A stretch of 64,000 bases of DNA from Trichormus sp. ATA11-4-KO1 (GTDB lineage: Bacteria > Cyanobacteriota > Cyanobacteriia > Cyanobacteriales > Nostocaceae): the NCBI GenBank assembly GCA_019358915.1, contig JAHHIM010000065.1, positions 64,001-128,000 of the forward strand. Reading direction: 5' to 3'. A model generated the notes under the pieces. That model ran no database searches and was not told the DNA's origin. It was given only the letters and a program-made list of their open reading frames with translations. How positions within the stretch are numbered: the stretch's first letter is position 1; every line of letters starts with the position of its first letter. Made by a program: the position numbers and the translations under genes. Positions 33,244-42,993 of this stretch are shown piece by piece.

Positions 33244-33383
33244 CTTTTTATATTTCGCAAGCAGGGTGGGGAGTGGGGGATGAGGGGGATGAGGTAGGTG
33301 TTTCACCAATGCCCAATTCCCTTAAAAAAGAGACTAGGCATGAACAAATTTGTATGCTATATTAAGAAACGATTCAAATATAT

Positions 33384-33457
33384 GGCTCAGTAGCTCAGTT
33401 GGTTAGAGCACGGGACTCATAAGCCTGGGGTCGTTGGTTCAAATCCGACCTGAGCCA
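33384..33457 (+). tRNA. trnM: tRNA-Met (CAT), probably elongator
   Basis: GGCTCAG/CTGAGCC acceptor stem, TAGCTCAGTTGGTTAGAGC D-arm, CTCATAA anticodon loop, GTTCAAATC T-loop; CCA not encoded. Confidence 0.95.
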
Positions 33458-33493
33458 TTTAAATTTATTTAAATAAAACTAAAAGCTAAATAA

Positions 33494-35581
33494 TTAAGGC
33501 TGAAATTTAGCGAGATGGCGGATAACTTCAGAAACTGACCATGCTTGAGCGATCGCTCCCCTAGGTGTGTGGGGTGAGTCGCCATCAAAAATTTCCGAAA
33601 TAGAGTTTAGACAAGCATCAGAATGGAAGTGCTCTAGCAGTGGTTGCCAAGCAAAAGGTAAGGGTTGTTTCGGGTAAGAACGCTGCCAAGCACGGATAAA
33701 AGGACCAATCAGCCAACTCCAAACAGTACCTTGATGGTAGGCGCGATCGCGCTGCTGTGAATTTCCTGTGTATTCACCAATATAATCGGGATCTGCTGGA
33801 TCAAGGCTGCGAAGACCATAGGGAGTGAGCAAGCGGGATGTTGCCAAATCCATGATTGAGCGCCCCTGCTGTTGCGAAAATCCACAATGAGACAGCGACA
33901 GTGCCAAAACTGCATTGGGGCGAATTTGGGAATTGCGCCGATCATCTGGCTCAATGGTGTCGTACAAATAGCCTATTTGTGGATTCCAGAACTTTTGCAG
34001 GGAGGCTCTCACCTGTTGTGCTTGCTGGGCATAACGCTGTCCCTGCTTTGCTAGGCGTGCCGCATCACCAAATTCAAGTTGGCTTAATTGTTCTGCCCAT
34101 TGACTCATCCAACATAGTGCTGAATACCACAGGGCATTTATTTCTACTGGCTTACCGTTGCGGGGAGTTACAGGCTGTCCCCCAACTAGGGCATCCATCC
34201 AGGTAAGGGCTACACCGCGAACATCCCAACTAACTAGCCCATCGGTGGCATCAACTTGGATATTGTAACGTGTACCACCGATAAACGCTTTGTGGATTTG
34301 CTGCACCACTGGAAATTGCTCTGCCAAAAACTGCCAGTCTTGGGTGGCTTCCAAGTAAAGTCCTAAAGTTTCAATCCACCACAAAGCAGCGTCAATACTG
34401 TTATAAGACGGTTCATCATCGACATCCGGAAAAACATTAGGAATCAGACCGTGGCGACAGTAACGCCCAAAAGTTTGCAATAGCCCTTTTGCCAGTTCAA
34501 AGCGCTGTGTAACTAGGGCTAAACCTGGTAAGGCAATCAAGGTATCACGCCCCCAATCATTGAACCAGTGATAACCAGCAATAACTGTGGGGCCATCAAT
34601 TGAGGCTCGATAAACGATAAACTGATCGCTAGCTTTTAATAGTTGCTGCCAGATTGAAGATGGGGCATGGAAAGAACCTTCATTCCCAGTCACTTGATTC
34701 CAGCCAAAAATCTGGGAGAACCGTTCTTGCTCTGCCTCGACAGCCTCTGTAAAGGTTTCCGAAGTGAGCATACCTTGCAGTGGGTCGGGAAAACCCATTT
34801 GTGCTTCTAAAGTAACGGCATCTCCTGGCTGGAGAGTGACTGTCAAGTAACCAGGGCTGTAGAGGTCTTCGCGATCGCCTAGTCCGCGTTGCGTCTCTTC
34901 TGGTAACCCATAATCCCAATACCAAACCGCGTCTGCTTGATATTCTCCTTGTGTCCAGCGCAAGTGCCAAGGTGTGCCAAAATCACCGGAAAAGATAGCT
35001 TGTAGGCAGACTTGCTGTTGACCGAGCAATTGTGAGAATTGTAAGCCTGGACTAGCCTTTTGCTGGTGATGAAAGTCGCGATCGCCTATGAGTAACCGTA
35101 GTCGTAAAATCGCTGGATAATTTCCCTCATAGCGATACTGAATCAACAGACGATGAGAAAACCGCAAGGGGTGATTAGTGAGTGCTGAGTGGGAAGAATC
35201 ATTTTCTTTCCTCTTCTCTACTTCTGATTCCCTATTCCCTTCCCACCCGTGGGGCATGATCAATTGCCTGCTTAGTTGCCAGCTATCCTTACCCCAAATC
35301 CATTTGGGTACTGGGTTAATATCAAAAGAGCGCAGCATTTGGTAGCCTGTCGGCTCTATCTTACCACTGCCCCAGAAATTCGTCCCTAGTGCTACAACAT
35401 TCCCTGATACTTCCAAGCTGGCTTCTAGGTGGGAAAATAGCAGGGTGCGACCAGAAGGTGGATTTGTGGCAGTAAATAACCAACCATGATAAGTACGCGT
35501 GCGGACATCAGAAACAGTCCCACTGGCAAAACTTCCTAAGCCATTGGTAAGTAACCATTCTCTTGGATCTAAATCAGACAT
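33494..35581 (-). CDS. Amylo-alpha-1,6-glucosidase (glycogen debranching enzyme)
   Basis: REWLLTNGLGSFASGT, AGYHWFNDWGRDT, TWMDA, VEINALWY, IRPN, YHQGTVW, AQAWSV. Confidence 0.92.
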   Translation of the reverse strand: MSDLDPREWLLTNGLGSFASGTVSDVRTRTYHGWLFTATNPPSGRTLLFSHLEASLEVSGNVVALGTNFWGSGKIEPTGYQMLRSFDINPVPKWIWGKDSWQLSRQLIMPHGWEGNRESEVEKRKENDSSHSALTNHPLRFSHRLLIQYRYEGNYPAILRLRLLIGDRDFHHQQKASPGLQFSQLLGQQQVCLQAIFSGDFGTPWHLRWTQGEYQADAVWYWDYGLPEETQRGLGDREDLYSPGYLTVTLQPGDAVTLEAQMGFPDPLQGMLTSETFTEAVEAEQERFSQIFGWNQVTGNEGSFHAPSSIWQQLLKASDQFIVYRASIDGPTVIAGYHWFNDWGRDTLIALPGLALVTQRFELAKGLLQTFGRYCRHGLIPNVFPDVDDEPSYNSIDAALWWIETLGLYLEATQDWQFLAEQFPVVQQIHKAFIGGTRYNIQVDATDGLVSWDVRGVALTWMDALVGGQPVTPRNGKPVEINALWYSALCWMSQWAEQLSQLEFGDAARLAKQGQRYAQQAQQVRASLQKFWNPQIGYLYDTIEPDDRRNSQIRPNAVLALSLSHCGFSQQQGRSIMDLATSRLLTPYGLRSLDPADPDYIGEYTGNSQQRDRAYHQGTVWSWLIGPFIRAWQRSYPKQPLPFAWQPLLEHFHSDACLNSISEIFDGDSPHTPRGAIAQAWSVSEVIRHLAKFQP

Positions 35582-35774
35582 TTGCTACTCAAAATCGTTA
35601 TGACTATGATATAGTCGTAACAGATTGTAATTAAACTGTAAGACAGCCCTAAAAGAAAGGTTATCCAGACTTAAGGGACTGTGAACTTAATGAAACACAG
35701 CGTAGATGGGTGAGTTTAGCTGACCCAAATTCCAACGCTATGATACGGATATAAGTTGAAGGAGAATTAGGTTA

Positions 35775-36386
35775 ATGCCCCTCACTTACGCAACAGAAGG
35801 ATGCCTCCGTGTTGGTCAACAGGCTCCTGACTTTACAGCAACGGCTGTGGTAGATCAAGAATTTAAGACAATTAAACTTTCCGACTATCGCGGCAAGTAT
35901 GTCATCTTATTTTTCTACCCTCTAGACTTTACCTTTGTTTGCCCCACTGAGATCACAGCATTTAGCGATCGCTACGAAGAATTTAAAAAAATTAACACCG
36001 AAGTTCTAGGTGTTTCTGTTGATAGCGAGTTCTCCCACCTCGCTTGGATTCAAACCGATCGCAAATCTGGTGGTGTTGGTGACCTCAATTATCCTCTGGT
36101 TTCCGACATCAAAAAAGAAATTAGCGCTGCTTACAACGTCCTTGATCCAGCAGCAGGCATTGCTTTGCGTGGTCTATTCATCATTGACAAAGATGGTATC
36201 ATCCAGCACGCCACCATTAATAATCTAGCTTTTGGTCGCAGCGTTGATGAAACCCTACGGACATTGCAAGCAATTCAGTACGTTCAGTCCCATCCCGATG
36301 AAGTTTGCCCTGCTGGTTGGCAACCAGGCGACCAAACAATGGTTCCTGACCCAGTGAAGTCCAAAGTCTACTTCTCTGCTGTCTAG
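35775..36386 (+). CDS. 2-Cys peroxiredoxin
   Basis: [13 protein letters not shown] and EVCPAGW. Confidence 0.95.
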   Translation: MPLTYATEGCLRVGQQAPDFTATAVVDQEFKTIKLSDYRGKYVILFFYPLDFTFVCPTEITAFSDRYEEFKKINTEVLGVSVDSEFSHLAWIQTDRKSGGVGDLNYPLVSDIKKEISAAYNVLDPAAGIALRGLFIIDKDGIIQHATINNLAFGRSVDETLRTLQAIQYVQSHPDEVCPAGWQPGDQTMVPDPVKSKVYFSAV

Positions 36387-36570
36387 ATTTTACTAGTAGG
36401 CAAAATTGCCAAAACCACAGATGCACACAGTGAAAAGTGTACGAGTCCGAGTTTCCCGGTACAAAACTTTTCCAGACAAATGAACACAGATATTGATTAT
36501 TTAGTGTTAGTTTGTATGTATATCTGTGGTTTTTTAATTTAAAGTTTTTTATAAAAAATTGCATAAAAAT

Positions 36571-37107
36571 ATGGTGACTTCTACTAATTTACGTGGCTTA
36601 TTAAATGAGAGATTCTTTCGTAACTTCTTACCTATTCCAGCTATAGATAAATTAAGACTAGGAGTAGGTACACCAGACTTTCAACTGCCAGATATCACGA
36701 ATGGCACTGCGGTGAAGTTATCAGATTACAGAGGAAAACAACCAGTATTACTTGCCTTTACGCGCATCTTTACAGAAAAGCAGTATTGTCCATTTTGTTT
36801 TCCTCATATTAAAGCTTTGAATGAAAACTACGAACAATTTAAAAATCGTGGTATTGAAGTTTTAATGATTACTAGTACAGATGAAAAGCAAAGTCAAATA
36901 GTTGTCAATGATTTAGGTTTACGAATGCCGTTACTCAGTGACCCTAGTTGTCGAGTATTTCGGAAATACAAAGTAGGACAAGCTTTAGGCGCACCTTTAC
37001 CAGCACAGTTTGTCTTGGATAAAGAAGGTAAATTGCTCTACAAGCATTTGTTTTCTTTCTTGGATCACAATGCTAATGTTGAAACATTATTAAAAGAATT
37101 CAATTAA
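36571..37107 (+). CDS. AhpC/TSA peroxiredoxin-like protein
   Basis: PDFQLPD, LSDYRG, YCPFC. Confidence 0.85.
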   Translation: MVTSTNLRGLLNERFFRNFLPIPAIDKLRLGVGTPDFQLPDITNGTAVKLSDYRGKQPVLLAFTRIFTEKQYCPFCFPHIKALNENYEQFKNRGIEVLMITSTDEKQSQIVVNDLGLRMPLLSDPSCRVFRKYKVGQALGAPLPAQFVLDKEGKLLYKHLFSFLDHNANVETLLKEFN

Positions 37108-37237
37108 CTACAAGCAATCTGGTCTTGAGTGGTTACAAAATTGAGGTTTTCCCTTAATTAAATGTGAGTTCAACAAATATCAAAAACTCCTCTCCAAACC
37201 TCTCCCTTGCAAGGAGGAGCCTCTGTGGTTCCCTAAA

Positions 37238-38035
37238 TTACTCAATTTCTTCACAGCGAATTAACAGCATTTCCATTGCCTCCGCCAAAGAAATCAACTC
37301 ATTCCAAGAAGAACCACTGACTAAATTTTGGGCGTGCGCTAATCGATTTCGTAGCTGTTCAGCAGACTTGAGAAACCTTTCTCCAAATCGTTTTGACTTT
37401 AGTTGCAATTGCTGAAGAAGCTGGGGTTGATTTAAAACTAACTCTCGCTTATCACAAAACTGGAGGTAATCCAACAAATCCGTGGCTTCGTTTCTTTCTT
37501 GACTCTCTCGCCATAGCCTTTGAGCAACTTCTAGCCGTTCAGGTTTGAGAATTTTTTGCCAAGAATCTTGGGGATAGTAAAGTCGCACCAACCGGAGTAA
37601 ATTCATCTCTAATAGTGTCACCAAACCAAACAGCAACATTCGTGCTGGTGCTTTCTGTAAGTCACCACAGGTAACAATTCCACTGACTTGATTACAATCT
37701 AGGACAAATAATCGCGGTGTTTGTTGCAAAATCGGTAGCAATTTGATTAAAGGCGTAGAAATAGCAACAAGTTCCCTAGGATGAAACAACCGTTGATAGT
37801 CACTACACTTACCAGATTTAGCCGCCATCAAACTAGAGCGTTCAATATAACCAGTAATTGTGTCTCCCGTCTCAATACCGACAACATCAAAATCCTGCGC
37901 CTGCATCCATTGCAGTACCTCTATTACCTGGGACTCAGCCGACACAGCTTTTAGAGATTCCGCCACATATTCAATCGTGATATTGCTTTCAAACAAACTC
38001 CGCAGGTCTTGAGAACTGGATTTGAGGTGTTTCAT
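37238..38035 (-). CDS. Degenerate CBS-pair + Swt1-like HEPN domain protein
   Basis: CBS-like 'MQAQDFDVVGI...GYI' and 'LFVLD..QVSGIVT.GDL'; HEPN-like LLEMNL...LRNRLAH. Confidence 0.65.
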   Translation of the reverse strand: MKHLKSSSQDLRSLFESNITIEYVAESLKAVSAESQVIEVLQWMQAQDFDVVGIETGDTITGYIERSSLMAAKSGKCSDYQRLFHPRELVAISTPLIKLLPILQQTPRLFVLDCNQVSGIVTCGDLQKAPARMLLFGLVTLLEMNLLRLVRLYYPQDSWQKILKPERLEVAQRLWRESQERNEATDLLDYLQFCDKRELVLNQPQLLQQLQLKSKRFGERFLKSAEQLRNRLAHAQNLVSGSSWNELISLAEAMEMLLIRCEEIE

Positions 38036-38177
38036 GAGACATCAGTGCCAGTTTTATACTGCCGTAGATGCCAGTTTAACGGAAATTCGGTTGATTGAAA
38101 AACTTCAAACGCCCAGACTACAAAAGTCTGAGCGCTTGAATACTAGGTTGCAGAGAAACTTCTGCTAGGTGGTGGAA

Positions 38178-38540
38178 TTAAGCAGGCATCATCTGCATAG
38201 ATCTACAAGTTTCTGCACATCTGCGGCAAGCTGCGGCACATTCCATCATCTTTCTATCTTCGCGCATTTGTTCACAAGCTGCGGCACAGCGATCACATAT
38301 TTCCGCGCACAGCATACAAGTGCGCCCCATGAACTCAGAACCACCCATCATCATATTCATGCACATCATGCACATTTCCGAGCAGTCGCGCATTATCCCC
38401 ATGATGCTCATGTTCATTTGCTTACCGCCTTGGCTCATGCAGTAAGTCATGGTTTCTAGGCAAATTTTGTGACATTCCATGCAAGCGCTCATGCAGTTTT
38501 GCATTTCGGTAGTCATGGTTTCAGTCATCATCATCATCAT
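38178..38540 (-). CDS. Four-helix-bundle copper storage protein (Csp3/DUF326-like)
   Basis: Repeated CxxxCxxCxxxC, Met-rich, no signal peptide. Confidence 0.88.
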   Translation of the reverse strand: MMMMMTETMTTEMQNCMSACMECHKICLETMTYCMSQGGKQMNMSIMGIMRDCSEMCMMCMNMMMGGSEFMGRTCMLCAEICDRCAAACEQMREDRKMMECAAACRRCAETCRSMQMMPA

Positions 38541-38913
38541 CGGAAATACCTCCTGATTTATTGATGTATAGCTAATGTCCTTGAGGGGACTACTTCTAAC
38601 AGTAATCATATTTTTTGTAGAGTCAATAGTATTTTTTTAGCAAAATTTATAAACCTACTAACCCGATATAATTACCGGATATTTAAGCCAATACCACATA
38701 AATATAGTGTGGTTTTTCAGTAACTCTTGTTTAGCAACAGTTTGAATCTCCGGTGTTTAAGTAGAGATTTATTTTAGCTATTAAGTGTTTAACTGGGGAT
38801 CACTATATAAGCTGATATCTCGCCCAAAAATAATGTCTCATTTTTTTACAAAATTCTAAATCTTGCGCTTACACAAGCCAAAAAAACAAATTTCAATTTT
38901 TCCTCTCTAGCCT

Positions 38914-40050
38914 TTAATACAAAGCATTTTCTAAATCATTTTGCAAATCTAGCTGATGCTCTATACCTACAGAAAGACGAACTAAATTATCCTTAATTCC
39001 TCGTTTTATTCTTTCAGCTTCTGGTAGAGAACCATGAGTCATTTTGGCAGGATAGCAAAGCAGTGATTCTACCCCTCCCAAACTTTCTGCTAATAAAAAT
39101 AACTTGAGTCGAGAAACAAATTTTTCAACGTCGGTAAAATCACCTTTTAATTCCAAACTAATCATCCCCCCAAAGCCAGACATTTGTAATTTTGCAAGTT
39201 GATGTTGTTCGTGACTCGGTAACCCTGGATAATAAATTCGCTCGACTTTGGGATGTTGCACTAAAAATTTAGCTAAAAATAAAGCATTTTTTTCATGTTC
39301 CCGCATTCTTACGGCTAAAGTCTTAATACCTCGCAGCACTAACCAACTATCAAAGGGACTAGGAATAGCCCCGATCGCATTTTGATAAAACTTTAGTTCG
39401 CTGTATAATTTCTCGTTAGATGTAACAACTGCACCACCAATAATATCACTGTGTCCACCTAAGTATTTAGTGGTGCTATGAACCACAATATCTGCACCTA
39501 AATCTAATGGACGTTGAAAATACGAGCTAGCAAAGGTATTATCAACTACTAGAATAATATTATGTTTACGGGCAATATTTGCTAGTGCGGCAATATCAAT
39601 AATTTTTAAGAGCGGGTTGGTAGGAGTTTCAATCCAAATCAGTTTTGTATTTGGTTGAATAGAATTTTTCCAGTCATCAATATGATCAATATCTACATAG
39701 GTGGTGGTTACGCCCCAATTTTTCACCACTTGTTCTAGTAAACGATATGTACCACCATATAAATCATCACCAACAACTATATGGTCACCGTTTTTCAACA
39801 AACTTAATACAGTTGTAGTTGCGGCTAAACCAGAGGCAAATGCTAAACCATATTTCCCATTTTCAATAGAGGCTAAAGATTCCTCTAAGGCTGTACGAGT
39901 AGGATTACCAGTGCGAGAATATTCATAGCCTTTGTGTTGTCCTATGGCTTCTTGTTCATAGGTAGAAGTCAAATAAATAGGCACAATTACTGCACCTGTT
40001 TGGGGGTCTGGGTGCTGACCTTCATGAATTGCCTTGGTTTCAAATTTCAT
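38914..40050 (-). CDS. Cystathionine gamma-lyase/synthase
   Basis: YSRTGNPT, FASGLAA, ETPTNP, VDNTF, HSTTKYLGGHSD, AESLGGVESL. Confidence 0.92.
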   Translation of the reverse strand: MKFETKAIHEGQHPDPQTGAVIVPIYLTSTYEQEAIGQHKGYEYSRTGNPTRTALEESLASIENGKYGLAFASGLAATTTVLSLLKNGDHIVVGDDLYGGTYRLLEQVVKNWGVTTTYVDIDHIDDWKNSIQPNTKLIWIETPTNPLLKIIDIAALANIARKHNIILVVDNTFASSYFQRPLDLGADIVVHSTTKYLGGHSDIIGGAVVTSNEKLYSELKFYQNAIGAIPSPFDSWLVLRGIKTLAVRMREHEKNALFLAKFLVQHPKVERIYYPGLPSHEQHQLAKLQMSGFGGMISLELKGDFTDVEKFVSRLKLFLLAESLGGVESLLCYPAKMTHGSLPEAERIKRGIKDNLVRLSVGIEHQLDLQNDLENALY

Positions 40051-40063
40051 TGTTTTCTCTTGA

Positions 40064-41425
40064 TTATTCTTGGTTTTGACTAATCCAATATTTAATTAAA
40101 TCTGCTCTGGTAATTAATCCCACGGGAACATGATTGCGTGTCACGATAATTGCTGTAGTTCCAGATAAAAGCACTCGATAAGCTTCAGAAATATCAACTT
40201 CTTCATCCAAAATTGGTAGCGGTTTACCCATGACTGCTAAAACTTCTTGGTTAGAAAAATTAATGCCATCATGGAGAAATTTCATTAATGAAGCTTCATT
40301 GACACTACCGACTACGTGACTATGCTCAATTACAGGTAGCTGTGAAATATTCAGTTTTTGCAGTAATTTAACAGCGTTATCTAAAGTATCATGGGAACTA
40401 ACAGCAACTAAAGAAGGAAAATCAGTTTTTTGCGCTAAAATTTCCCCGACTTTGGTAGTTTTTACGGTTTTACCTTCCCAAAAGCCATTTTCCTGCATCC
40501 AGGCATCGGAGTAGATTTTATTTATATAGTTTCTGCCTGTATCTGGCAGTAGAACAACTATATACTTCGGTTCTGATAATCGAGCGGCATATGTAAGGGT
40601 TGCAGCTACGGCTGTACCACAAGAACCTCCTACCAGTAAGCCTTCTTCTCTTGCTAAACGGCGAGCCATGTTAAATGATTCTTTGTCACTGATACGAATC
40701 ATTTCATCGACTAATTGGCGATTAAATGTCTTGGGAATAAAGTCTTCGCCAATACCTTCAACTTTGTATGGTTTGGGTGTGTCACCTGAAAGAATAGAAC
40801 CTTCTGGATCTGCACCAACAATGACTATATTGGGGTTCTGCTCTTTGAGATATTTGGCAACTCCAGAAATTGTCCCACCGGTTCCCATACCGGAAACAAA
40901 AACTTCAACTTTACCTTCACTATCTGACCAAATTTCTGGGCCTGTGGTTAGGTAATGGGTTAGGGGATTATGGGGGTTTTCAAATTGATTTGGTCTGTAT
41001 GCTCCTGGTATTTCTTTGGCGAGTCTTTCGGCTACGCCGTTGTAACTTTCGGGTGAGTCTGGTGCTACAGATGTGGGTGTAACTACGACCTCTGCACCGT
41101 AAGCTTTGAGGAGGTTGATTTTATCTTGGCTCATTTTATCAGGCATGATAAAGATGCACCGATATTTTTTGACGGCGGCAATTAGTGCTAGTCCGACGCC
41201 GGTGTTGCCTGCGGTGGCTTCGATGATGGTTCCGCCTGGTTTGAGGTGACCGGCTTTTTCTGCGGCTTCAATCATGGTGAGGGCAATTCTATCTTTGTTG
41301 CTGCCACCAGGGTTGAGATATTCTACTTTGGCGTAAATGGTAGAGTTAATATTTTGGGGAATACTGTTGAGTTTAACTAATGGCGTTTTGCCTATTGTTT
41401 GTAAAATGTTGTCGTAAGTGGCCAT
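40064..41425 (-). CDS. cbs: Cystathionine beta-synthase with C-terminal CBS pair
   Basis: NPGGSNKDR, ATAGNTG, GMGTGGT, VEGIGEDF, PDTGRNY, C-terminal CBS domains. Confidence 0.88.
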   Translation of the reverse strand: MATYDNILQTIGKTPLVKLNSIPQNINSTIYAKVEYLNPGGSNKDRIALTMIEAAEKAGHLKPGGTIIEATAGNTGVGLALIAAVKKYRCIFIMPDKMSQDKINLLKAYGAEVVVTPTSVAPDSPESYNGVAERLAKEIPGAYRPNQFENPHNPLTHYLTTGPEIWSDSEGKVEVFVSGMGTGGTISGVAKYLKEQNPNIVIVGADPEGSILSGDTPKPYKVEGIGEDFIPKTFNRQLVDEMIRISDKESFNMARRLAREEGLLVGGSCGTAVAATLTYAARLSEPKYIVVLLPDTGRNYINKIYSDAWMQENGFWEGKTVKTTKVGEILAQKTDFPSLVAVSSHDTLDNAVKLLQKLNISQLPVIEHSHVVGSVNEASLMKFLHDGINFSNQEVLAVMGKPLPILDEEVDISEAYRVLLSGTTAIIVTRNHVPVGLITRADLIKYWISQNQE

Positions 41426-41698
41426 GATGGGTTGTGGGGTCTTTTGTTTTGGTGAATTTTTCCAAGAGGAACGAACCGCCAAGGCGCAGAGGACGCAGAG
41501 AGAAGAAAGAAAGGTTTTTATACTAGTTTTGAAATTGGCGATCGCACGGTATCTATGATCACGGTGTTGATACTACTCCCAACTCACCTAATTGCAAAAT
41601 ACTATATATAAGCTTTGAACTATAGACTGGATTATTGATACATTATTGATGCTGCGCTATGAATCCAGAGTTATTGAAGGTACTGAACCAGAATCATT

Positions 41699-42298
41699 AT
41701 GAAATCTCTACACCGTCCCGATCTTTATGGCTGGTCTACTTTCAATCCTGCAAGAAATATTGATTTCAATGGGATTGCCTGGGTTCGTCCAGGGGGCAAT
41801 ATCTTGATTGACCCAGTAGCCCTATCAAATCATGATTGGAATCATTTGCAATCCCTCGGTGGAGTGGTTTGGATTGTCTTGACGAATTCGGAGCATGTGA
41901 GGGCTGCTAAGGAAATTGCTGATCAAACTTATGCCAAAATAGCTGGGCCTGTGGGTGAAAAGGATTGTTTTCCGATATATTGCGATCGCTGGCTGGCTGA
42001 TGGTGATGAGGTAGTTCCAGGATTGGAGGTGATTGAACTCCACGGTTCTAAAACGCCGGGTGAGTTGGCTTTGTTGTTGGAAAAGACAACTTTGATTACA
42101 GGGGACTTAGTCCGCGCCCGTAAGGCAGGTAGTTTAACGATTTTGCCGGATGAGAAGCTGCTGAATCGGGAAGCGGCAGTGGCTTCTGTGAGGCGGCTAG
42201 CAGAATTAACTCAAGTAGAAGCTGTGTTAGTGGGTGATGGTTGGCCAATTTTTCGGGATGGACGCGATCGCTTAAAGGAACTTTTGGCGACACTGTGA
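41699..42298 (+). CDS. MBL-fold metallo-hydrolase-like protein (degenerate metal site)
   Basis: NILIDP, LTNSEHVR, GSKTPGE, ITGD, LVGDG. Confidence 0.75.
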   Translation: MKSLHRPDLYGWSTFNPARNIDFNGIAWVRPGGNILIDPVALSNHDWNHLQSLGGVVWIVLTNSEHVRAAKEIADQTYAKIAGPVGEKDCFPIYCDRWLADGDEVVPGLEVIELHGSKTPGELALLLEKTTLITGDLVRARKAGSLTILPDEKLLNREAAVASVRRLAELTQVEAVLVGDGWPIFRDGRDRLKELLATL

Positions 42299-42303
42299 TG
42301 AAT

Positions 42304-42327
42304 TAGGGGCGCAAAAAATCGCCCCTA
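42304..42327. terminator. Hairpin between convergent genes (likely bidirectional terminator)
   Basis: TAGGGGCG-caaaaaat-CGCCCCTA. Confidence 0.6.
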
Positions 42328-42336
42328 CTTTGATAA

Positions 42337-42834
42337 TTAAGCAGGAATGAAGTTCATCGCTACACCGTTCATACAATAGCGCTTACCAGTGGGGGCTGGG
42401 CCATCATTAAATACATGACCGAGATGTCCACCACAGCGACTGCAATGTACTTCTGTTCTGGTCATAAAAAATGACCGATCTACAGTAGTTGCGACCGCGC
42501 CTTCTATGGGTTGATAAAAGCTAGGCCAACCAGTACCACTGTTAAATTTGGTCTCAGAGGTAAACAGTGGTTGTCCACAGCCAGCACATACAAAAGTACC
42601 TTCAGCAGATTGTTTATCAAGTGGGCTGGTGAAGGCGCGTTCAGTTCCATGTTTGCGTAATACGCGAAACTGTTCTGGTGTCAATGTTTTCTGCCATTCT
42701 GCTTCAGTTTTGGTGACTTCAAAGCCACTGTGAGAAATTGTCATGATTTCTGATCCCTGGTTGAGATAACGTGATAATAATGCTGTGCCAACGATGACGG
42801 CACTAGCTTCTAAAAAATAGCGTTTGTTCATCAT
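42337..42834 (-). CDS. msrB: Peptide-methionine (R)-S-oxide reductase with N-terminal export-like signal
   Basis: GTERAF, CAGC, SGTGWPSF, CSRC.GHLGHVF.DGP, RYCMN. Confidence 0.95.
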   Translation of the reverse strand: MMNKRYFLEASAVIVGTALLSRYLNQGSEIMTISHSGFEVTKTEAEWQKTLTPEQFRVLRKHGTERAFTSPLDKQSAEGTFVCAGCGQPLFTSETKFNSGTGWPSFYQPIEGAVATTVDRSFFMTRTEVHCSRCGGHLGHVFNDGPAPTGKRYCMNGVAMNFIPA

Positions 42835-42993
42835 TTATATTTTAAAGTCCTATATCCAATCCGTAGGGCAACAAAAGTCGAATTTACCCTACTTGCCTTT
42901 TCTGTTCTCGGTAATAGGTAGAAAGCGATCGCCTTTATACCAATGAAGGAATATTAGGTGAGAAGTTGAAAATTTAGCGTTTTTGTTGAAACA

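Noticed and set aside
33384..33494. tRNA as a prophage/island attachment site
   Set aside because: No integrase or duplicated tRNA 3' end seen; flanks are housekeeping genes
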